This document shows positions 14,101 through 25,633 of a stretch of DNA of 64,000 bases, piece after piece. The translations under genes were made by a program, and so were the position numbers. Origin of the DNA: Macrostomum hystrix (lineage: Eukaryota > Animalia > Platyhelminthes); the NCBI GenBank assembly GCA_950097015.1, contig CATNEN010000038.1:22568001-22632000 (forward strand). The letters run 5' to 3'. The notes below the pieces were generated by a model that saw only the letters and a program-made list of their open reading frames with translations, searched no databases and had not been told where the DNA came from. Position 1 is the stretch's first letter; each line of letters begins with the position of its first letter.

Positions 14101-15301
14101 ATGTGCGATAATTCGGAAACTGTGAAGGATAATTCGGAAACTGTGAAGGATAATTCGGAAACTGTGAAGGATAATTCTGAAACTATGCATGATAATTCGG
14201 AAAATATGTGTGATAACTCGGAAACTATGCATGATAATTCGGAAACTGTGCATGATGATTCGGAAACTATGCATGATGATTCAGAAACTATGTGCGATAA
14301 TTCGGAAACTGTGCATGATGATTCGGAAACTGTGCATGATAATTCAGAAACTATGTGCGATAATTCGGAAACTGTGAAGGATAATTCGGAAACTGTGAAG
14401 GATAATTCGGAAACTGTGCATGATAATTCGGAAACTATGCATGATAATTCAGAAACTATGCATGATGATTCGGAAAATATGTGTGATAACTCGGAAACTA
14501 TGCATGATAATTCGGAAACTATGCATGATAATTCGGAAACTATGCACGATAATTCAGAAACTGTGCATGATAATTCAGAAACTATGCATGATGATTCAGA
14601 AACTATGCATGATAATTCAGAAACTATGCATGATGATTCAGAAACTATGCATGATAATTCGGAAACTGTGCATGATAATTCGGAAACTGTGCATGATGAT
14701 TCGGAAACTATGCATGATAATTCGGAAACTATGCATGATAATTCAGAAACTATGCATGATAATTCAGAAACTATGCATGATGATTCAGAAACTATGCATG
14801 ATAATTCAGAAACTGTGCATGATAATTCGGAAACTGTGCATGATGATTCGGAAACTGTGCATGATGATTCGGAAACTGTGAAGGATAATTCAGAAACTAT
14901 GTGCGATAATTCGGAAACTGTGCATGATAATTCGGAAACTATGCATGATAATTCAGAAACTATGCATGACGATTCGGAAAATATGTGTGATAACTCGGAA
15001 ACTATGCATGATAATTCGGAAACTATGCATGGTGATTCGGAAACTGAGAAAGATAATTCCGAACCTGTGGAGGTTAATTCGGAATTTTTCAAGGATAATT
15101 CGGAAACTGTGAAGGACAATTCGGAAACTGTAGATGAAGATTCGGAAACTGAATAGTTTCAACACATTTTCATATGGAGTTAACCTGTCCTAGTTTATTT
15201 TGCATTGCTTGTAGAGGCGACAAACTTTTAGGAAAATTGTCAAGTAAAATTATTGCATAGCTTACCTGTCCAACAAGGAATTTCGGACAAATATTTCCCA
15301 T
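11189..15301 (-). CDS. Uncharacterised ~275-aa protein with N-terminal MGNIC acylation motif; exons 15301-15266, 12798-12630, 12553-12495, 11838-11643, 11556-11189
   Basis: ATG GGA AAT ATT TGT...CAG|gtaag; exons join in frame (36+169+59+196+368=828 nt): MGNICPKFLVGQ|PSPGPTERSSLV..RNS|DDSALIF..KRLS|DIATLFNSLLERY..|..LKLKEHGKDW..GRRLC*. The exon 4 donor is ambiguous (GC at 11642 or weak GT at 11636). Confidence 0.72.
11890..12420. repeat. 42-bp minisatellite (GAGGTGGGTGCTAGGCTTTATCGATCGCGTCCATAGATTGGG), intronic
   Basis: About 12 tandem copies; gives the 14-aa period RWVLGFIDRVHRLG in the ORF track. Confidence 0.93.
12820..15153. repeat. 21-bp minisatellite (ATGCACGATAATTCTGAAACT / GTGAAGGATAATTCGGAAACT), about 111 copies, in intron 1 of the minus-strand gene
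   Basis: Tandem 21-mer with a left-to-right gradient of variants; open frames on both strands. Confidence 0.95.
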
Positions 15302-15684
15302 GATATGGTTGGACTAAAATAAACTAAAACTTCAAAATACTAGTTCGCAGGTTTGCTAATTAAAATCTGTCTTTTGTATTTGCAGATACGCTATGCTTTC
15401 GTTTCGGGTGTCCATGTGTGTGCAAGGGCTTCAATTTTAACACTGCTTTGCACTTCGGACTGCTGCGCAACAAGCTAGTTTTGTGACACACACAGTCTTA
15501 GAGCTTTGGCACGCTTAGTGTACAAAATTTACTGCCACTGTACTCAACAGTAACCTTGTTTGCGCGAGAGTATGTACGTACTATGTACATTGCTAAATTA
15601 AGCTAAAAACACTGATAAGAAAAATGTGAAAAAGTGAGAAATGAAATATATAGAGAGGCGAGCTTAATGAATCTGATTAATTAG

Positions 15685-15787
15685 TCAAACTTGTAGCCTA
15701 GTAGTTACTGCCTCAGTCTCACGACTAGAAGGTTTGGGGTTCGATTACCGACTCTACTCGAACAATTGGTGCCATTTAGCAATGAAA
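15685..15787 (+). mobile_element. tRNA-derived SINE, 5' half (interrupted by the Helitron insertion)
   Basis: A-box-like TAGCCTAGTAG (15694-15704), B-box-like GGTTCGATTACC (15738-15749), then GTGCCATTTAGCAATGAAA resembling the start of a CORE-type SINE domain. Confidence 0.6.
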
Positions 15788-18700
15788 CTAGCAAGTTTTG
15801 CCCCCCTTCGGAGAGCAGAAATACTTTTAATTCGTCTAGTATATACTTTGTAGCAGCTGAATTTACAGCTTTTTAAAGCTACAATGAACCCCCAGTTGAC
15901 AATGATCCCCCAGTTGACAATGATCCCCCAGTTGACAATGAACCCCCAGTTGACAATGAACCCCCAGTTGACAACGATCCCCCAGTTGACAATGATCCCC
16001 CATTTGACAATGATCCCCCAGTTGACAATGATCCCACAGTTGACAATGATCCCCCAGTTGACAAAGATCCCCCAGTTCACAATGATCACCCAGTTGATGA
16101 TGATCCCCCAGTTGATGATGATCCCCCAGTTGAAAATGATCCCCCAGTTGACAATGATCCCCCAGTTGACAATGATCCCCCAGTTAACAAAGATCCCCCA
16201 GTTCACAATGATCCCCCAGTTGATGAAGTCTCCCCATTGATGATGATCCCCAGTTAACAATGTTCCTCCATTTGACAATGTTCCCCCAGTTGACAATGAT
16301 CCCCCAGTTGATGATGATCACCCAGTTGACAATGATCCCCCAGTTGACAATGATCCCCCAGTTGACAATGATCCCCCAGTTGACAATGATCCTCCAGTTG
16401 ATGATGATCCCCCAGTTGAAAATGATCCCCCAGTTGACAATGATCCCCCAGTTGAGAATGATCCCCCAGTTGACAATGATCCCCCAGTTAACAAAGATCC
16501 CCCAGTTCACAATGGTCCCCCAGTTGATGAAGTCTCCCCATTGATGATGATCCCTAGTTAACAATGTTCCTCCATTTGACAATGTTCCCCCAGTTGACAA
16601 TGATCCCCCAGTTGATGATGATCACCCAGTTGACAATGATCCCCCAGTTGACAATGATCCCCCAGTTGACAATGATCCCCCAGTTGACAATGATCCTCCA
16701 GTTGATGATGATCCCCCAGTTGAAAATGATCCCCCAGTTGACAATGATCCCCCAGTTGAGAATGATCCCCCAGTTGACAATGATCCCCCAGTTAACAAAG
16801 ATCCCCCAGTTCACAATGGTCCCCCAGTTGATGAAGTCTCCCCATTGATGATGATCCCTAGTTAACAATGTTCCTCCAGTTGACAATGTTCCCCCAGTTG
16901 ACAATGATCCCCCAGTTGACAACGATCCCCCAGTTGACAATGATCCCCCAGTTGACAATGATCCCCCAGTTGACAATGATCCCACAGTATACAATGATCC
17001 CCCAGTTGACAAAGATCCCCCAGTTGACAATGATCCCCCAGTTGACAATGATCCCCCAGTTGACAATGATCCCCCAGTCGACAATTATCCCCCAGTTTAC
17101 CATGATCGCCCAGTTCACCATGATCCCCATTTTGATGATGACTCCCCAGTTGACGTTGATTTTTCAAACGCTGGGTTAGCCAAGATTCAAACTCAGGTTT
17201 CGCCATGTTTTAAACCCTGGTGGGTCTATGATTCAAACTCTCGTTTTGCCATGATTCAGACTCTGGTTGGCTATGATTCAAACTCTGGTTTAGCCAAGAT
17301 TCAAACTCTGGTTGGCTATGATTCAAACTCTGGTTTAGCCATGATTCAAACGCTGGGTTAGCCATGATTGAAACTCGGTTTTTGCCATGATTCAAACTCT
17401 GGTTTAGCCATGATTCAAACGCTGGGTTAGCCATGATTGAAACTCTGGTTTAGCCAAGATTCAAACTCTGGTTTAGCCATGATTCAGACTCTGGTTTAGC
17501 CATGATTCAAACTCTGGTGTAGCCATTATTCAAACTCTGGTTTAGCCATGATTCAAACTCTAGTTTAGCCATGATTCAGACTCTGGTTTAGCCATTATTC
17601 AAACTCTGGTGTAGCCATTATTCAAACTCTGGTTTAGCCATGATTCAAACTCTAGTTTAGCCATGCTGATGATGATGGTTTAGCCATGATTCAAACTCTA
17701 GTTTAGCCATGCTGATGATGATGGTTTAGCCATGATTTAGTCTCTGGTTTAGCCATGATTCAAACTCTGGTTTAGCCATGATTCAGACGCTGGTTTAGCC
17801 ATGATTCAAACTCTGGTGTTGCCAATATTCAAACTCTGGTTTAGCCATGATTCAAACTCTGGTTTAGCCATGATTCAGACGCTGGTTTAGCCATGATTCA
17901 GACGCTGGTTTAGCCATGATTCAAACTCTGGTTTAGCCATGGTTCAAACTCTGGTTTAGCCATGATTCAGACTCTAGTTTAGCCATGATTCAGACTCTGG
18001 TTTAGCCATGATTCAGACTCTAGTTTAGCCATGATTCAGACTCTGGTTTAGCCATGATTCAGACTCTGGTTTAGCCATGATTCAGACTCTATTTTAGCAA
18101 TGATTCAGACTATGGTTTAGCCATGATTCAGACTCTAGGTTAGCCATGATTCAAACGTTGGTTTAGCCATGATTCAGACTCTGGTTTAGCCATGACTCAA
18201 ACTCTGGTTTAGCCATGATTCAAACTCTGGTTTAGCCATGATTCAAACTCTGGTTTAGCCATGATTCAAACTCTGGTTTAGCCATGATTCAAACTCTGGT
18301 TAAGCCATGATTCAAACTCTGGTTTAGCCATGATTCAAACTCTGGTTTAGCCATGATTCAGACTCTGGTTTAGCCATGATTCAGACTCTGGTTTAGCCAT
18401 GATTCAAACTCTGCTTTAGCCATGATTCAGACGCTGGTTTAGCCATGATTCAGACTCTGGTTTAGCCAAGATTCAAACTCTAGTTTAGCCATGATTCAAG
18501 ATCTGGTTTAGCCATGATTCAAACTCTGGTTTAGCCATGATTCAGACTCTATTTTAGCAATGATTCAGACTATGGTTTAGCCATGATTCAGACTCTAGGT
18601 TAGCCATGATTCAAACGTTGGTTTAGCCATGATTCAGACTCTGGTTTAGCCATGACTCAAACTCTGGTTTAGCCATGATTCAAACTCTGGTTTAGCCATG

Positions 18701-21700
18701 ATTCAAACTCTGGTTTAGCCATGATTCAAACTCTGGTTTAGCCATGATTCAAACTCTGGTTAAGCCATGATTCAAACTCTGGTTTAGCCATGATTCAAAC
18801 TCTGGTTTAGCCATGATTCAGACTCTGGTTTAGCCATGATTCAGACTCTGGTTTAGCCATGATTCAAACTCTGCTTTAGCCATGATTCAGACGCTGGTTT
18901 AGCCATGATTCAGACTCTGGTTTAGCCAAGATTCAAACTCTAGTTTAGCCATGATTCAAGATCTGGTTTAGCCATGATTCAAACTCTGGTTTAGCCATGA
19001 TTCAAACTCTGGTTTAGCCATGATTCAAACTCTGGTTAAGCCATGATTCAGACTCTGGTTTAGCCATGATTCAAACTCTGCTTTAGCCATGATTCAGACG
19101 CTGGTTTAGCCATGATTCAGACTCTGGTTTAGCCATGATTCAAACTCTAGTTTAGCCATGATTCAAGATCTGGTTTAGCCATGATTCAAACTCTGGTTTA
19201 GCCATGATTCAAACTCTGGTTTAGCCATGATTCAAACTCTGGTTAAGCCATGATTCAGACTCTGGTTTAGCCATTATTCAAACTCTGGTGTAGCCATTAT
19301 TCAAACTCTGGTTTAGCCATGATTCAAACTCTAGTTTAGCCATGCTGATGATGATGGTTTAGCCATGATTCAAACTCTAGTTTAGCCATGCTGATGATGA
19401 TGGTTTAGCCATGATTTAGTCTCTGGTTTAGCCATGATTCAAACTCTGGTTTAGCCATGATTCAGACGCTGGTTTAGCCATGATTCAAACTCTGGTGTTG
19501 CCAATATTCAAACTCTGGTTTAGCCATGATTCAAACTCTGGTTTAGCCATGATTCAGACGCTGGTTTAGCCATGATTCAGACGCTGGTTTAGCCATGATT
19601 CAAACTCTGGTTTAGCCATGGTTCAAACTCTGGTTTAGCCATGATTCAGACTCTAGTTTAGCCATGATTCAGACTCTGGTTTAGCCATGATTCAGACTCT
19701 AGTTTAGCCATGATTCAGACTCTGGTTTAGCCATGATTCAGACTCTGGTTTAGCCATGATTCAGACTCTATTTTAGCAATGATTCAGACTATGGTTTAGC
19801 CATGATTCAGACTCTAGGTTAGCCATGATTCAAACGTTGGTTTAGCCATGATTCAGACTCTGGTTTAGCCATGACTCAAACTCTGGTTTAGCCATGATTC
19901 AAACTCTGGTTTAGCCATGATTCAAACTCTGGTTTAGCCATGATTCAAACTCTGGTTTAGCCATGATTCAAACTCTGGTTAAGCCATGATTCAAACTCTG
20001 GTTTAGCCATGATTCAAACTCTGGTTTAGCCATGATTCAGACTCTGGTTTAGCCATGATTCAGACTCTGGTTTAGCCATGATTCAAACTCTGCTTTAGCC
20101 ATGATTCAGACGCTGGTTTAGCCATGATTCAGACTCTGGTTTAGCCAAGATTCAAACTCTAGTTTAGCCATGATTCAAGATCTGGTTTAGCCATGATTCA
20201 AACTCTGGTTTAGCCATGATTCAGACTCTATTTTAGCAATGATTCAGACTATGGTTTAGCCATGATTCAGACTCTAGGTTAGCCATGATTCAAACGTTGG
20301 TTTAGCCATGATTCAGACTCTGGTTTAGCCATGACTCAAACTCTGGTTTAGCCATGATTCAAACTCTGGTTTAGCCATGATTCAAACTCTGGTTTAGCCA
20401 TGATTCAAACTCTGGTTAAGCCATGATTCAAACTCTGGTTAAGCCATGATTCAAACTCTGGTTTAGCCATGATTCAAACTCTGGTTTAGCCATGATTCAG
20501 ACTCTGGTTTAGCCATGATTCAGACTCTGGTTTAGCCATGATTCAAACTCTGCTTTAGCCATGATTCAGACGCTGGTTTAGCCATGATTCAGACTCTGGT
20601 TTAGCCAAGATTCAAACTCTAGTTTAGCCATGATTCAAGATCTGGTTTAGCCATGATTCAAACTCTGGTTTAGCCATGATTCAAACTCTGGTTTAGCCAT
20701 GATTCAAACTCTGGTTAAGCCATGATTCAGACTCTGGTTTAGCCATGATTCAAACTCTGCTTTAGCCATGATTCAGACGCTGGTTTAGCCATGATTCAGA
20801 CTCTGGTTTAGCCATGATTCAAACTCTAGTTTAGCCATGATTCAAGATCTGGTTTAGCCATGATTCAAACTCTGGTTTAGCCATGATTCAAACTCTGGTT
20901 TAGCCATGATTCAAACTCTGGTTAAGCCATGATTCAGACTCTGGTTTAGCCATGATTCAAACTCTGCTTTAGCCATGATTCAGACGCTGGTTTAGCCATG
21001 ATTCAGACTCTGGTTTAGCCATGATTCAAACTCTAGTTTAGCCATGATTCAAGATCTGGTTTAGCCATGATTCAAACTCTGGTGTAGCCATTATTCAAAC
21101 TCTGGTTTAGCCATGATTCAAACTCTAGTTTAGCCATGCTGATGATGATGGTTTAGCCATGATTCAAACTCTAGTTTAGCCATGCTGATGATGATGGTTT
21201 AGCCATGATTTAGTCTCTGGTTTAGCCATGATTCAAACTCTGGTTTAGCCATGATTCAGACGCTGGTTTAGCCATGATTCAAACTCTGGTGTTGCCAATA
21301 TTCAAACTCTGGTTTAGCCATGATTCAAACTCTGGTTTAGCCATGATTCAGACGCTGGTTTAGCCATGATTCAGACGCTGGTTTAGCCATGATTCAAACT
21401 CTGGTTTAGCCATTATTCAAACTCTGGTTAAGCCATGATTCAGACTCTGGTTTAGCCATGATTCAAACTCTGCTTTAGCCATGATTCAGACGCTGGTTTA
21501 GCCATGATTCAGACTCTGGTTTAGCCATGATTCAAACTCTAGTTTAGCCATGATTCAAGATCTGGTTTAGCCATGATTCAAACTCTGGTGTAGCCATTAT
21601 TCAAACTCTGGTTTAGCCATGATTCAAACTCTAGTTTAGCCATGCTGATGATGATGGTTTAGCCATGATTCAAACTCTAGTTTAGCCATGCTGATGATGA

Positions 21701-24700
21701 TGGTTTAGCCATGATTTAGTCTCTGGTTTAGCCATGATTCAAACTCTGGTTTAGCCATGATTCAGACGCTGGTTTAGCCATGATTCAAACTCTGGTGTTG
21801 CCAATATTCAAACTCTGGTTTAGCCATGATTCAAACTCTGGTTTAGCCATGATTCAGACGCTGGTTTAGCCATGATTCAGACGCTGGTTTAGCCATGATT
21901 CAAACTCTGGTTTAGCCATGGTTCAAACTCTGGTTTAGCCATGATTCAGACTCTAGTTTAGCCATGATTCAGACTCTGGTTTAGCCATGATTCAGACTCT
22001 AGTTTAGCCATGATTCAGACTCTGGTTTAGCCATGATTCAGACTCTGGTTTAGCCATGATTCAGACTCTATTTTAGCAATGATTCAGACTATGGTTTAGC
22101 CATGATTCAGACTCTAGGTTAGCCATGATTCAAACGTTGGTTTAGCCATGATTCAGACTCTGGTTTAGCCATGATTCAGACTCTAGTTTAGCCATGATTC
22201 AGACTCTGGTTTAGCCATGATTCAGACTCTGGTTTAGCCATGATTCAAACTCTATTTTAGCAATGATTCAGACTATGGTTTAGCCATGATTCAGACTCTA
22301 GGTTAGCCATGATTCAAACGTTGGTTTAGCCATGATTCAGACTCTGGTTTAGCCATGACTCAAACTCTGGTTTAGCCATGATTCAAACTCTGGTTTAGCC
22401 ATGATTCAAACTCTGGTTTAGCCATGATTCAAACTCTGGTTTAGCCATGATTCAAACTCTGGTTAAGCCATGATTCAAACTCTGGTTTAGCCATGATTCA
22501 AACTCTGGTTTAGCCATGATTCAGACTCTGGTTTAGCCATGATTCAGACTCTGGTTTAGCCATGATTCAAACTCTGCTTTAGCCATGATTCAGACGCTGG
22601 TTTAGCCATGATTCAGACTCTGGTTTAGCCAAGATTCAAACTCTAGTTTAGCCATGATTCAAGATCTGGTTTAGCCATGATTCAAACTCTGGTTTAGCCA
22701 TGATTCAGACTCTATTTTAGCAATGATTCAGACTATGGTTTAGCCATGATTCAGACTCTAGGTTAGCCATGATTCAAACGTTGGTTTAGCCATGATTCAG
22801 ACTCTAGTTTAGCCATGACTCAAACTCTGGTTTAGCCATGATTCAAACTCTGGTTTAGCCATGATTCAAACTCTGGTTTAGCCATGATTCAAACTCTGGT
22901 TTAGCCATGATTCAAACTCTGGTTAAGCCATGATTCAAACTCTGGTTTAGCCATGATTCAAACTCTGGTTTAGCCATGATTCAGACTCTGGTTTAGCCAT
23001 GATTCAGACTCTGGTTTAGCCATGATTCAAACTCTGCTTTAGCCATGATTCAGACGCTGGTTTAGCCATGATTCAGACTCTGGTTTAGCCAAGATTCAAA
23101 CTCTAGTTTAGCCATGATTCAAGATCTGGTTTAGCCATGATTCAAACTCTGGTTTAGCCATGATTCAAACTCTGGTTTAGCCATGATTCAAACTCTGGTT
23201 AAGCCATGATTCAGACTCTGGTTTAGCCATGATTCAAACTCTGCTTTAGCCATGATTCAGACGCTGGTTTAGCCATGATTCAGACTCTGGTTTAGCCATG
23301 ATTCAAACTCTAGTTTAGCCATGATTCAAGATCTGGTTTAGCCATGATTCAAACTCTGGTTTAGCCATGATTCAAACTCTGGTTTAGCCATGATTCAAAC
23401 TCTGGTTAAGCCATGATTCAGACTCTGGTTTAGCCATGATTCAAACTCTGCTTTAGCCATGATTCAGACGCTGGTTTAGCCATGATTCAGACTCTGGTTT
23501 AGCCATGATTCAAACTCTAGTTTAGCCATGATTCAAGATCTGGTTTAGCCATGATTCAAACTCTGGTGTAGCCATTATTCAAACTCTGGTTTAGCCATGA
23601 TTCAAACTCTAGTTTAGCCATGCTGATGATGATGGTTTAGCCATGATTCAAACTCTAGTTTAGCCATGCTGATGATGATGGTTTAGCCATGATTTAGTCT
23701 CTGGTTTAGCCATGATTCAAACTCTGGTTTAGCCATGATTCAGACGCTGGTTTAGCCATGATTCAAACTCTGGTGTTGCCAATATTCAAACTCTGGTTTA
23801 GCCATGATTCAAACTCTGGTTTAGCCATGATTCAGACGCTGGTTTAGCCATGATTCAGACGCTGGTTTAGCCATGATTCAAACTCTGGTTTAGCCATTAT
23901 TCAAACTCTGGTTAAGCCATGATTCAGACTCTGGTTTAGCCATGATTCAAACTCTGCTTTAGCCATGATTCAGACGCTGGTTTAGCCATGATTCAGACTC
24001 TGGTTTAGCCATGATTCAAACTCTAGTTTAGCCATGATTCAAGATCTGGTTTAGCCATGATTCAAACTCTGGTGTAGCCATTATTCAAACTCTGGTTTAG
24101 CCATGATTCAAACTCTAGTTTAGCCATGCTGATGATGATGGTTTAGCCATGATTCAAACTCTAGTTTAGCCATGCTGATGATGATGGTTTAGCCATGATT
24201 TAGTCTCTGGTTTAGCCATGATTCAAACTCTGGTTTAGCCATGATTCAGACGCTGGTTTAGCCATGATTCAAACTCTGGTGTTGCCAATATTCAAACTCT
24301 GGTTTAGCCATGATTCAAACTCTGGTTTAGCCATGATTCAGACGCTGGTTTAGCCATGATTCAGACGCTGGTTTAGCCATGATTCAAACTCTGGTTTAGC
24401 CATGGTTCAAACTCTGGTTTAGCCATGATTCAGACTCTAGTTTAGCCATGATTCAGACTCTGGTTTAGCCATGATTCAGACTCTAGTTTAGCCATGATTC
24501 AGACTCTGGTTTAGCCATGATTCAGACTCTGGTTTAGCCATGATTCAGACTCTATTTTAGCAATGATTCAGACTATGGTTTAGCCATGATTCAGACTCTA
24601 GGTTAGCCATGATTCAAACGTTGGTTTAGCCATGATTCAGACTCTGGTTTAGCCATGACTCAAACTCTGGTTTAGCCATGATTCAAACTCTGGTTTAGCC

Positions 24701-25633
24701 ATGATTCAAACTCTGGTTTAGCCATGATTCAAACTCTGGTTTAGCCATGATTCAAACTCTGGTTAAGCCATGATTCAGACTCTGGTTTAGCCATGATTCA
24801 AACTCTGCTTTAGCCATGATTCAGACGCTGGTTTAGCCATGATTCAAACTCTGGTTTAGCCATGATTCAAACTCTGGTTTAGCCATGATTCAAACTCTGG
24901 TTTAGCCATGATTCAAACTCTGGTTTAGCCATGATTCAAACTCTGGTTTAGCAATGATTCAGACTCTGGTTTAGCCATGATTCAGACGCTGGTTTAGCCA
25001 TGATTCAAGCTCTATTTTTGCCATGATTCAAATTCAGGTTTGCTATGATTTATGATATTTTATTTACGAAATGAAAAAAATAAATCAAAATAATCTTCAA
25101 TCACTACTGGCTGAAAATTAGTCTAAATGATTTGACGCAGTGCAGAATCGAACCCTAGCCTAGCCTAACTTATTCCTAGTGCCTAACACATCGGCTATTC
25201 CGACTGTTGGTTAGTGGGTGCAGAAATCAGCCTTATAAAATGAATTCTCAAAGTTCTGGCTTTGTACAATGAAGTAAGAAAATAGAGTACACTCAGTCTC
25301 GCGGTTGGTTGTGTACATTTATTTCCAATTTGTCTCCAGAGTGCAGGCTTCAAATTCAATCAGCTAGGGGTTGTTGCGCAATTTGACGATGCAATTCTAA
25401 TTCAGTGGCAGTGAGTGGTTTGACCTTTGAATTTGACCTTTGAAAAATCATGTTTTTCGAATATTTAATCCCTTTAGCAATAAAGTTAAGCTTAATAAAA
25501 ATACGTGTATAATTGTCCCCATATTTGGCATCTTTTGGTGAAGAAATTGTGAAAATCGGTTGAGCCGTTCGGGAGAAAATCAATTACAAGCAAGCAACCA
25601 ACCAACCAACCATTTCATTTTTAGTATAGTGGA
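15788..25633 (-). mobile_element. Non-autonomous Helitron-like element, full copy; 18-bp array ~15880-17155, 23-bp array ~17160-25050
   Basis: On the minus strand it begins TCCACTATACTAAAA followed by a (GGTT/GCTT)n microsatellite and ends with a GC hairpin plus AAAACTTGCTAG. No Rep/helicase ORF. Confidence 0.85.

Noticed and set aside
15690-15760. Functional tRNA gene
   Set aside because: A/B boxes are present but I cannot fold a cloverleaf, and the sequence continues into a SINE-like body.
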